A DNA stretch of 63,704 nt, counting the filler, from Octopus bimaculoides (taxonomy: Eukaryota): assembly GCF_001194135.2 (NCBI RefSeq). It is 3 parts of 3 records of this genome, joined end to end, with 100 filler letters (N's around TTAATTAATTAA, not from the genome) between each part and the next. Parts side by side here need not be neighbours in the genome. Positions count along the whole stretch, not along the records: positions 1 to 31,391 come from NC_068988.1; positions 31,492 to 57,576 come from NC_068986.1; 1 more part is not named here. One strand, written 5' to 3'. Position numbers and translations under genes: made by a program. Positions 22,913 to 34,313 of this stretch are shown one piece after another (the stretch's first letter is position 1; each line of letters opens with the position of its first letter). The notes under the pieces are model-generated. The model saw only the letters and a list, made by a program, of their open reading frames with translations. It ran no database searches and was not told the origin of the DNA.

Positions 22913-25900
22913 GTACATTAATTTGAATTAATTAAAATACAGGTATTATCAGTACAAGATTTTATTCTCTTTCTATATTTCATTCATACATTTTCATTGA
23001 AAATTAAGTACAAAATTCTTTTACAAGTTAATATACCATTGGTTACGTACTCTTATACAATTTAATGAATTCATGTACCTAACCAAATGCATTTAATAAA
23101 GAAAGATCATCAACAGGTGAGACAAAAGTGAATACATATGTGTGACATACTGAAAATTAATATGTATTTATCACTTTCACATATTATTTGTAATAAAATG
23201 AAAGGAATATATGATAGCATAACTATCAAACAACAAAATATACTTATGCCATATTTCTATCATGAAACTGTCCAAAATACCCTTTACACAATGGTACTTT
23301 GCAAAACGAACTCATATATTAAGTCTTAACCTGATGTCCTTTCACCTGGTGGGCTAATGATTCTGCTAGCTTGCCACCTTATATATACTGTATTTTAACA
23401 TGCGTAATGAAGTCCCTAATTTTGTAGGCTTAAAATTTGGAAAAAAAGGTTTTGTATCCATATTTAAAAACTCCCATATTTTTTAAACTTAATTTTTGAC
23501 AAAAAAGGGTTCCTTATATGCCTTAGAATATGGTAATTAATATATTGGTTTCAAATTTTGGCCCAAAGCCAGCAATTTAGGGGCGGGATAAATCAGATAA
23601 AATGAACCACATAGGTCTTTGAACTCAAAGTGTAAAGACAGACAGAAATGTAATTAATATATTAAGTTCCTACTCAGGTTTTACATATTAGTAACTAAGA
23701 AGATGTTTAAAATCTTCCAGGGAGATGATGTAATGATAGAGTGATAGCATTTAATATTCTACTTAACTTTTATCTGCTGAAGTGTTTATCTTCTCTCTCT
23801 CTCTCTCTCTCTCTCCTTCACTCTTTCTCTCCATATGCATACACAAACACACATGTATTTATGTGTGTACAGGTGTATACAGGTATATATATATAGATAG
23901 ATAGATAGAGAGAGAAAGTGAGATATATACGTGTGCATGTGTATATATGTATATGTGTGTATCTCTGTGCGTGTATACATGTCTGTCTGTCTTGCATCTT
24001 CTGTCTTCCTCCATTTCTCTCTCATGCTTTCTCTCTCTATATGTGTGTGTGTGCTTGTATATATACATGCATATACACACATACATACACTGTCACATGT
24101 ACACACACACATACTACACGCATACAAAAACGCTTTTACAGATATGCAAACACATTTTTGTGTGTTCCTGTATCTTTGTGATGCTTCTCCTTTTTGAACA
24201 AACCAATATTATAGTTTTGTTAAACAGAACTTGTTTACCATTTTAGCCGCAAGTTAACTGAATTAACGAGAATACTATTGCAAATAAAGAAGAATGCTTC
24301 AGGGGTGGGGAATATTGTTTTCTTTACTATCTTCATTTATGGCACACAATAATGTTTAAATTTACACACACAAATGTGTGCCTGTTTGTATGAATGTATG
24401 ATAGTATATACATGTGTGTGTGTTTGAGTAGCATATATTGTTCTTTGTATCTGCATGTGTTTATGCACTTGTGATAGAATTAGAGACCTCTTGACATTTG
24501 TTTGGCTTCAGAGAAAATGCTTTTGGCCAAATTCGGCATCAAGCAGAGTCAAGTGCTTTGTCCAGGGATATGAAACTGTGGCACGTGAGTCTTAAGTCCA
24601 GAAACAAATCAACAAGCCAGCCACACATATACATACAAATGCAGATTGAAGAGACCAAGAATTAGTGCATGGCACTATGGTAACCAAATGAAGTAAGTTT
24701 GTTGTTCTATGACTATCAAACTGATATTTTTCTTTTAGTTTTGATTGGTCATTTTACATTTATTTTTCCAATTTAGCAATTACTATTATACAACCTAATG
24801 ACTTTCCTCTCAGTAACCCTTACCTGCTTATCAAGTAAAGGATACTTTCAAAACCACACATCTTTGAAAGTGCAGGATATAAACATTCATGCAAGCACAC
24901 ACATGTTCACTCACATACATGCACACACACACACGATGGGTTTTGTACAGTTTCTATCTACCAAGTGTGCACATAAAGTAGTGGTCAGCTTAAAGATACA
25001 GCAGACGACATACACAAGGTACCATATAATGAGATTGAAACTGAAACTCACGTGAAGATGAAGTGAACGTCTCACCTCATATCACTGATGAATTGAGTGA
25101 ATGGCAAAAGCTAAACAAAGAAATGCAAGCCTTTAGGGATTTGACTGAGCAAGACCGGTTGACTGTTGCAATACTAAATTTTACTTATGGTACTTGGAGA
25201 CATCTTGAACGTGAATACCTCCCTCCTACTGAAGTTAGCAGAGATAATCAAGACATTATTAGGTGTAGAAGTGTTTCTAAATTCGGCATTGCACAAGGCA
25301 TGGAATTTAATGAACTGGATTGGTTAGTACCACTGATACAAGTACCTTATTTAGTACTTTATTTTATTGACCTTAGGAGAATAAAACTCAAAGTTGATGA
25401 CAGTGAGATTTGAACTCAGAATACAAAATGCTACAAAAAATACTTCAATATATTTTGTGTCACTCTAATGATTCTGTTCACTTACGATCCTATCAGATAC
25501 AGAAATAATTAACTTAACAATTTAAAAAATAAAATCAAATTCTTGTACAATTTAACTCTGCTGTTATCAACCTGCCTGATACCCACCATTTCTATGATAC
25601 AATCGTCTTGTATTAAAATGATCTAAATTAAAACTTTCTATCAAAATTTCATGATAAAGTTATTTTGTAAATTTTCATTATATCTAAATTAATGGAACTG
25701 AAAGCATTGTATTTTCGACAAGAAATATGGTACCAAAAATGTTAACAAGTAAATATTTAAATCATTTTAACAAGCTAATGTGTGAAGCTTGTGGAAAATT
25801 TTTTCCATGGTTTGGATAAGAAATGAGACACGGTAGTTAGAAGAAACTATTTTAGCTATAAAGAATTATTAGAGTTTTGAATTGTTTTCAGAAGGAAAAG

Positions 25901-26209
25901 TGTCAGGGGATTTTGAAAAGTTCAAAATGAAATTGTTAAATGGATGGTACAGGTGTCAGNNNNNNNNNNNNNNNNNNNNNNNNNNNNNNNNNNNNNNNNN
26001 NNNNNNNNNNNNNNNNNNNNNNNNNNNNNNNNNNNNNNNNNNNNNNNNNNNNNNNNNNNNNNNNNNNNNNNNNNNNNNNNNNNNNNNNNNNNNNNNNNNN
26101 NNNNNNNNNNNNNNNNNNNNNNNNNNNNNNNNNNNNNNNNNNNNNNNNNNNNNNNNNNNNNNNNNNNNNNNNNNNNNNNNNNNNNNNNNNNNNTTTTGCA
26201 AAAAAAAAA

Positions 26210-26252
<43 letters not shown>

Positions 26253-26291
26253 AGAGTTGTTAGTAGGCTGTTATGTAGATGTGTATATATA

Positions 26292-26323
<32 letters not shown>

Positions 26324-26419
26324 CAGATATGTAAGTAAACAGAATGATAAATAGATAGATAGGTACAAAGATAATATGGACAGACAAGCACACACATACA
26401 CAAATGAAGACTGAAATAC

Positions 26420-26800
26420 ATGCACAAGGACACATCTGATGCCTCTTATGCCCAATTTTTCTCTCAAGATGTTGCCCTCTGTCCTACATGTACATTGACA
26501 TTGCACATCCATTGAAGCATACAAGCTTCGTTTCTTTCAAGCCTTCACATATCCTCTGCAGTCACAGCCCATGTTTTACTACCATATAGCTTGGCTGTTC
26601 AAACACAGGCATCATATAATCAGCTTTTCACTCCGAGAGACAGGGCTTTGTTACTGACAAGAGTAGGAATTCTCTGAACGTTGCCCAGCCCTTTCTTATT
26701 CTAAGAGGGTGTTAAAACACCTGAAAGTCATAGACAGGCAACATTCAAATGACCTCTTGCTGAGGAGGTAAAATCACACTGAAATAACATGTCTGGTAGT
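26420..26800 (-). mobile_element. Internal RTE RT/C-terminal fragment (same family as 17772-20728)
   Basis: Minus strand gtagtaaaacatgggctgtgactgcagaggatatg..gaaagaaacgaagct aligns with 19890-19960; peptide LREKLGIRGIRC. Confidence 0.85.
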
Positions 26801-26969
26801 TTGCTGATGTTATATGTAGAATCATGTGTTTTTACATGCAAAGTCTATGAAAGGTGAATTGCTCTCTGAAACAAAATTCTGTGGTAAATTCTGCTCTCAT
26901 TCTACTGTGCAGAAGCATTAGAAACATTAATGTACATAACTTACTATGTTTGTCTGTCTGTCTGGCTGT

Positions 26970-27005
<36 letters not shown>

Positions 27006-27006
27006 A

Positions 27007-27038
<32 letters not shown>

Positions 27039-27461
27039 AATCTACTTATTTATGTATTAGTCCATCTATCTATTTAGCTATATAAATGTATGTATATATA
27101 TATATATATNNNNNNNNNNNNNNNNNNNNNNNNNNNNNNNNNNNNNNNNNNNNNNNNNNNNNNNNNNNNNNNNNNNNNNNNNNNNNNNNNNNNNNNNNNN
27201 NNNNNNNNNNNNNNNNNNNNNNNNNNNNNNNNNNNNNNNNNNNNNNNNNNNNNNNNNNNNNNNNNNNNNNNNNNNNNNNNNNNNNNNNNNNNNNNNNNNN
27301 NNNNNNNNNNNNNNNNNNNNNNNNNNNNNNNNNNNNNNNNNNNNNNNNNNNNNNNNNNNNNNNNNNNNNNNNNNNNNNNNNNNNNNNNNNNNNNNNNNNN
27401 NNNNNNNNNNNNNNNNNNNNNNNNNNNNNNNNNNNNNNNNNNNNNNNNNNNNNNNNNNNNN

Positions 27462-27609
27462 AATGTAGGGATATTGTATTTGTAAATCCATTGTTTAGGC
27501 AGAATGGTATGCATATAAGATTTTTGGATTTTACTCACAAGGTATTGGAATCTTATATGTATACCATTCTGCCTAAACAATGGATTTACAAATGCAATAT
27601 CCCTACATT
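27462..27609. repeat. Near-perfect inverted repeat, 61-bp arms with 26-nt loop
   Basis: 27462-27522 vs 27549-27609; 2 differences, both G-U wobbles in the + strand RNA. The left arm abuts a gap and may be longer. Confidence 0.95.
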
Positions 27610-27666
27610 CACTCTCTATTTCCTATCTTAACTAAACTAACTATTACTTAACTATCCTCTCACACC

Positions 27667-27714
27667 GTCTCCGATGAAGGGATATAATGAATATCCTGGA
27701 AACAGCTGTAAGAC
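27667..27714 (+). ncRNA. Minimal type I hammerhead ribozyme motif (U4C variant), PLE family PLE-b
   Basis: gtct-CCGATGA-a-gggatat-aatga-atatcct-g-GAAA-c-agct-g-TA-agac: stem I gtct/agac, 7-bp stem II, palindromic CAGCTG stem III, GUA cleavage triplet. Confidence 0.72.
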
Positions 27715-28689
27715 CTTCTATTTATAAATGTTCTATATTACACACAGCCTTCGTTTTTTATCTCATTACGAAAAGTAAATTCTTATATTCACACACTGAT
27801 ATATGACCTACGTTGGACCCCTTATTTGCATAACCACTGAACCTGGAGCTTAACTGTGGTCTATCCATAGCACTTACTCAGCATTACCTGAAACCTCTGT
27901 GTCTAATTGACACCACTATCGATATATATATATATGTATATATATTAATATCTATCTATCTGTCTATATATAAACACATACACACACACATATATGTATT
28001 AATAACTATTGCTTGCTCTTTGTGGTGCTTGCTCGTTCTTTCTGAAGCCTTTGGACTATTTGAGATAACTTTTTTTCCATGTACATCATTCACATTTAAT
28101 ATATTTTAATTACATCGGCAACATTGGTATATGACGTATAATAAAACACATGCAATTTACTTTGTTCATAAGCTCCACCGACTCTTAACAAGTCAATGGA
28201 TTCTAAAACATTTACACTAATAGCTTAGTGTTTTATTACTTACTGACTCATCCATATCTCTGCAAAAGTTATAAACTCTACCATGCTATTGATTAAAATA
28301 CTGCTTGTTTTTAATTGTTATGTCTGAGGGTCAAAGGGTATAAATATGGTTATGATATATTTTCCCAAGTGATCACCTATCCAATGAAACCTTCTTATAC
28401 TCTTGTTGACTATAGTAATGGAAAAGAGTACTCCATGATATCTATTTACAGCTTGGTGCACTGGGCAGCACTGAAACTGTAATAAAATATGTTCAGCTGA
28501 ACCGTCAGTCATTTAATTGTCTAGCATGTGTATATATATGTATATATATATAATATTGATTCAGATCTTTGGTTGTTTATTGAAGATACTATAAAACATT
28601 AAACTGTATACACACTCTAACACACACACACTCACACTTGCACATATGCATACATATATAATATAGACGTATGTGTAGAAATGTGTTTT

Positions 28690-28930
<241 letters not shown>

Positions 28931-29089
28931 CATATATGTGTGTGGTGTGTGTGTGTATGCATGTAGTCAAGAAGTACATCCTTAGTTATAGCATATAACC
29001 GATTAGAACATTACTATTGGTTTCAGATCTACTATTGCACTTGGCAATATACAGAAGACTTGTTAGAACTGCTGGTTCGAAGCATATAT

Positions 29090-29700
29090 CTATAAATCCT
29101 CTGTTTTTAACCTATTCTTTGCACTCTTCATTAAAACCTGTATGGGAAGGGTTTTCCTTAGATTAGTAGATAAGCACTTTCCACAATCCCATAGTTACAG
29201 GATATTGTTTAATAGACATAACTTAAAGGACTCATTCTTCAGTGCACCCAGTGTAAAAATATATTAGTAAACGCCCTTAAACCATGCACAGAGGCACAGT
29301 GGTTAACCCTGAGTACCTAGTCAAAGCTTGGTGCATCACTGAGGCCATGGTTTCAAAAGCAGAGAGAATGTTTAGCAATAGTAGCAGCAACAAAAGGACA
29401 TACATATGGAAATATGTTGGGGCCACTGAAGGCTCATTTAAGGTGATGCTAAATAACCACAGATCCTCTTTTGGGATCCAGGAGAGGTGCAACGTTACAC
29501 ACCATTAACCATTTTTATATTGTGATTAAAAAGGAGAGAAAGCTATACAAATTTAATTGGAAGCTACCAGAAAAACCTGCAAAATAAATGGTGCAAAGCT
29601 TTACGACATGGATACCTTCTTGAATTTAAAAAATGATGTTTGTAGCTGCTGTCTTCATGACAGAAGATTTATTTTTGAAATTTGGTCTTCCTTATGCTCA
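29090..29700 (+). pseudogene. Decayed Penelope-like element ORF (RT-linker plus GIY-YIG endonuclease)
   Basis: KTCMGRVFLRLVDKHFPQSH..LFNRHNLK (cf. KTNIGKxFLxLIDKHFP), KYVGATEGSFKVMLNNHRSSF (YIG motif), FLNLKNDVCSCCLHDRRF (C-terminal LNxRxExxSxCxH-like). Confidence 0.75.
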
Positions 29701-29989
29701 AACAAAATGGACAAGAGCATGCCTGGCCAACTTGAATTACATTATGGGCCACTTTAATCACAAAAAAATTTTTGAAGGCCTCTTTTATACTGACAGAATT
29801 GAAAGCATTTTGCTTTCTCATGCTATTATTACAATAATGAACGAATGATCACTGATTCAATATGAAATATTATCATTGCAACAACGGTAGTATCTTTCTT
29901 TTTATTTTTCATTACAATCTTTAATTTTTGATAAAATTTTGAAAATATTTGTTTAAATAAACCTATTTGTAGAAAGTATCAAGTGGGCC

Positions 29990-30047
29990 ACAAGATAAAA
30001 GTCTGTGGGCCGCATGCGGCCCTCTGGCCTCAGCATGCCCATCCCAG
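29990..30047. mobile_element. hAT-type terminal/subterminal sequence
   Basis: gtgggccgcatgcggccctctggcc..gcccatcccag resembles gggccgcatgcggccc..gcccacccctg ends of hAT non-autonomous elements; partner end not found. Confidence 0.4.
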
Positions 30048-30415
30048 AACTAAAGAATGGAAATAGCATATTCAGGCACAGCTGACCAACTTCGGCCACA
30101 ACAGGAATCATATAGGGGAGGCAACTCTTTTATTTACTTTTCAGAATGGTTTTGTTTTCATTTTGGCTTGTGCACTACCAAACTAACCAAGTCTGTATAT
30201 TTACCACCATCAGTAAAGAGGCTGACTGTCTTTCTGACCAACAAATCTGATGAGTGTAATAGTAGATGAGAAGAGAGCGTAAATTTCTGACCTGTTTTAA
30301 CCAGGGATGTAATACTCATCTATATAAAAGTATAACTGCTCAAAACTTTCTTTCAGAGTGTGCTTTGTTTTCTCACATCTGGACAATTGACCAACACACA
30401 CACACACACATAGAA

Positions 30416-30448
<33 letters not shown>

Positions 30449-31062
30449 CACACATATATAGTGCTCCAGCATGACTGCAGTCACATGGTTGCAACAGATA
30501 AAGGAATTAAGGAATATATAAATATATATGTGTGTGTATATACATATGTGCGTATATATGTGTGTGTGTGCATGTGTATGCGTATATATATATATATATA
30601 TATATATATACCAATACATATACATTCATATATGCACTCACATACACAACACAGCAATGCATCCACACCACACACACACAAGCACATACATATATGTATA
30701 TATGCTCTATTTCCAATGTCTACATACAGGTATACATTAGGTAGGTATGTATGTATGTATGTCGCTCCAAACTTATTAGAGTATTTGCTGCAGTTATTAT
30801 CATTTCATTATGGAATGCAAGGAAATTGTCTGTTGACCGCCCTGTGGCAACACCAATATTAAGGAGAGCAAGATAAAGAGATGGAGAGGAAGAAAAGCAT
30901 GGAAGAAAACAAAAAAAAAGAAAAGAAACGATTACAAAAACAATGGTGTAGACAATAGAAGGTTGCAAAGTAGAGATAGAGGAAATGATTAGGCTAAAGT
31001 AAATGAAGGAGGAAAGAGAATGCAAGATGAAGATGATAATAATAACAACAACAACAACAATA

Positions 31063-31112
<50 letters not shown>

Positions 31113-31391
31113 AATAAGGATAAAGATAATAATTCAAGCTAATGAAGATGAAGATGTCTCATATATATATATATATATATACATATACAAATACATATGT
31201 ATATACATACATATATATATATATACATATACAAATACATATGTATATACATACATATATAGATATACAGATACATAGATATATATATGTATATGCATAT
31301 ATATATATACATATTTATATATATATATATGATGATGATCTATCTATCTATCTATATATATATATATATATATATATACATACATTCTTTC

Positions 31392-31491
31392 NNNNNNNNN
31401 NNNNNNNNNNNNNNNNNNNNNNNNNNNNNNNNNNNTTAATTAATTAANNNNNNNNNNNNNNNNNNNNNNNNNNNNNNNNNNNNNNNNNNNN
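31392..31491. other. Artificial 100-bp scaffold linker (44N-TTAATTAATTAA-44N)
   Basis: Exact symmetric size, six-frame stop 12-mer, identical copy at 57577-57676. Confidence 0.97.
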
Positions 31492-32231
31492 CTTTTGATC
31501 CAAATTATCCCCCCCCCCCAAGAAAAGCTCTACTTTGTAATTTGTCCATTTTCTGTATTTAGCCCTGTGAGGCTATAATAAAAGGATATCTATCTATCTA
31601 TCTATCTATCTATTCATCCATCCAATCATCCATCCATCTGTTTTATTTGAATATGTACAGACATTATTCTTTATAACATAAAACAATAAAGTGCTCTCTG
31701 AAGAACCGTCAAGCATCCCAATGGCCTTGGAACATCCAATGCATGGTTTCAAGCGATTATAATAGTGAAACGTCGTAGGAACTCATAATATAAACTTGTG
31801 TTTATTGTAATTTCTACATTTGCTCTATATTCATAACTTATGATACTACTAATTGTTTAACAGTGGAAGCAAACTTGACTTTGCTAATCAATGTGGTGTT
31901 AGAAGCTTAAATACAGCAGTTGTACATATATTTGTACACACAGTATAAGTATAAATAAAATAAATATATATATTTATTTTATTTATACTTATACTGTGTG
32001 TACAAATATATGTACNNNNNNNNNNNNNNNNNNNNNNNNNNNNNNNNNNNNNNNNNNNNNNNNNNNNNNNNNNNNNNNNNNNNNNNNNNNNNNNNNNNNN
32101 NNNNNNNNNNNNNNNNNNNNNNNNNNNNNNNNNNNNNNNNTATATATATGTATATATATATCTATATAAATGCAGCGTGGAAGGTGTTTATAAGCCATTT
32201 AAGAAACACAAAAACCGTTAGAAAATGGACC

Positions 32232-32303
32232 CCACCCGGCAGGGAATCGAACCCCGATCTCCCACGTGACAGGCGGGGATACATACCACTATACCAGTAT
32301 GGT
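32232..32303 (-). pseudogene. tRNA-Asp(GTC)-like sequence with disrupted acceptor stem
   Basis: Minus strand ACCATACTGGTATAGTGGTATGTATCCCCGCCTGTCACGTGGGAGATCGGGGTTCGATTCCCTGCCGGGTGG. D, anticodon (GTC) and T arms match metazoan tRNA-Asp; acceptor 5' ACCATAC cannot pair with CCGGGTG. Confidence 0.85.
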
Positions 32304-32464
32304 ATTTTATTGCAGCTGAAAAATCTCAATGTCAGTTGATCGGTCACGGGAAACTCTGAGTAACAGTTCGTGAAATCTTTTCAATTACAATAAAATGCTA
32401 TTTAATTCTATTTTTGGTAATCGAGTACAATTTTTTTCCGTCTTGTTCGCTCATATTCTCTCTC

Positions 32465-32492
32465 ATATATATTTTCTGTTTTCTATTGCAGG
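32465..32492 (+). promoter_or_regulatory. Putative 3' splice acceptor of the GPCR coding exon (5'-UTR intron)
   Basis: attttctgttttctattgcAG|g, with AG at 32490-32491, about 300 nt upstream of the ATG. Confidence 0.6.
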
Positions 32493-32495
32493 TCT

Positions 32496-32585
32496 ATGTC
32501 GTTAATGATCGAGGGAACATTACTTCATATTACTCAGCAGTGGACAAACAACAAGCAAAATATCTTTATCCAAAATAATTTTTGA
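32496..32585 (+). other. Putative 29-aa upstream ORF in the GPCR leader
   Basis: ATG 32496 (second in-frame ATG 32505) to TGA 32583-32585: MSLMIEGTLLHITQQWTNNKQNIFIQNNF. Confidence 0.4.
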
Positions 32586-32793
32586 ATATACTCACCATCA
32601 TCACCAACATCATCATTCGAAAGGCTTATCTCCAACAGAACTTCCTTGCGAAGTCTTAATGTGTGATCTTGTCATGACGATGTTTTGTGTGCCACACTAG
32701 ACATTGTATATCATCCTCTCAAAGAATTTGCATCCTGGCAAACATCATTACCAGAACATTTTAAAGACGCGTATCTTCCAACCGAAATAAACA

Positions 32794-33888
32794 ATGGATT
32801 TCAATTGTAGCGAGCGATGTATTCTTGAAATCAAAAATACGGAAAAATTTGAACTTTATCTTCCCGTAATAGTGTTCATGGGTTTATTATTTCTAATGGG
32901 CACTATTGGTAATATTATCGTTTTAATGGTGTACAGCCAGAAAAAACGCAAGACTTCTTCTCATTTCTTTATCCTTACTTTATCGATTTTAGATCTCTTC
33001 GGTTGCTTTTTTGGCATCCCGACAGAAATTGCAGATCTGTGTAACCCGTATCTGTTCGACGCTCCTTTCGCATGTCGTCTGCTTCGTTTCACATTGAGTG
33101 TGACGACAATCAGTTCCGCCATTGTATTACTAGAAGTGGCTTTTGATCGATACTATCGAATATGTAAGGTCGGCTTGCAGTACAGCCTTCGCAAAACGAA
33201 ATTGCTTTGTGTTGTTGCACTCTTCATTGGAATACTTTTATCCTGGCCTTCTTTTGTCATATTCGGTAAAAAACGGGTAGAAGTCGTACCCGGTATATAC
33301 GGCTCAGATTGCTCCACTGACGACAGCGTTGACAAAAAATATCCGACGACTTATTACGGTTTCTTGTTCCTCTTGTTCATCATTTGCACTGCTCTCATCT
33401 TTGGCTTGTACGTCCGCCTGTCCTTGGAAGTGCGCAAGCGCAAAGATCTGCAGATTCACACGAAATCTACCCAGCAACCCATTTGTCCTTCCCAACGCGA
33501 TTCCGAAGAGCCTAGCGTTGTCGACTTATCAGACGAAACCCCCGAAAACAACAAGCAGAGGAAATATTCGGCAGCCGTGATCAAAGTTCCACGACAAGGA
33601 CAACAAATACGCGTCGGACGAACAACCGTGATTTTATTTGCAGTGTCCGTCATTTTCGTCGTCAGTTACCTACCGTTTCTGATTGCGATGGTCGTTCGGA
33701 ATGTTTGGAAAGATTTTGAATCGAGTCTAAACCCTACCGCTGAGTTAATCTATAAATTTTGTTTGAAATCTTATTTTCTCAATAATGCCATCAATCCAAT
33801 TGTGTACAGCTTCCTGAATGTGAACTTCCGGCAAGAGATCCCCCGCGCAGCAGCCAATTGCTTTTGTAAAGGATGTTGTAAAAGCTAG
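32794..33888 (+). CDS. Class A (rhodopsin-like) 7TM orphan GPCR, peptide-receptor-like, 364 aa, single coding exon
   Basis: Intact ORF with 7 hydrophobic segments: TM1 GN, TM2 LSILD, TM3 C (ACRLL) and DRY, TM4 WP, ECL2 Cys, TM6 SYLP, TM7 NPIVY; N-glycosylation site NCS; Cys-rich C-tail. Confidence 0.96.
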   Translation: MDFNCSERCILEIKNTEKFELYLPVIVFMGLLFLMGTIGNIIVLMVYSQKKRKTSSHFFILTLSILDLFGCFFGIPTEIADLCNPYLFDAPFACRLLRFTLSVTTISSAIVLLEVAFDRYYRICKVGLQYSLRKTKLLCVVALFIGILLSWPSFVIFGKKRVEVVPGIYGSDCSTDDSVDKKYPTTYYGFLFLLFIICTALIFGLYVRLSLEVRKRKDLQIHTKSTQQPICPSQRDSEEPSVVDLSDETPENNKQRKYSAAVIKVPRQGQQIRVGRTTVILFAVSVIFVVSYLPFLIAMVVRNVWKDFESSLNPTAELIYKFCLKSYFLNNAINPIVYSFLNVNFRQEIPRAAANCFCKGCCKS

Positions 33889-33954
33889 AGGAACGGGAGT
33901 ATTTAAATGTGTGACAACACGATTCAAACGAAGAAACATATCCATAATCAAGGA

Positions 33955-34047
33955 AATAAAATGAACGAAAACTTCTTTTTATTTGTGAAAATACGTGATG
34001 TGTGTCGTCTTAGGATGAGAACGAAGTGAATGACACTGAACAATAAA
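33955..34047 (+). promoter_or_regulatory. Candidate polyadenylation signals of the GPCR mRNA
   Basis: AATAAA at 33955-33960 and 34042-34047 downstream of the stop; chance occurrence is plausible in AT-rich DNA. Confidence 0.35.
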
Positions 34048-34273
34048 ACACGAGTTATTTATATGAAGCATGGGATATATCTGACCAAAATGGTGGCTGC
34101 ATATTACAAATGTATATGTGAGCATAGATTGCATGTATATGTAAGCGTGATTCAGTGCATACATGTTAACTATGCGTAAATGTATGCATGAATGGCTGGA
34201 AGTGAGTTTTACAGAAATTTTATATGAATCTCAGTCTCCCTGTGTATTGTACATGTAATGTAAATACACATCA

Positions 34274-34313
<40 letters not shown>

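Noticed and set aside
25063-25413. 116-aa ORF
   Set aside because: GTG start; the 3' half overlaps a decayed family B SINE in reverse; no homology recognised.
33877-33888. C-terminal CCKS of the GPCR as a CaaX prenylation box
   Set aside because: Lys at a2 is unfavourable; palmitoylation is the simpler reading.
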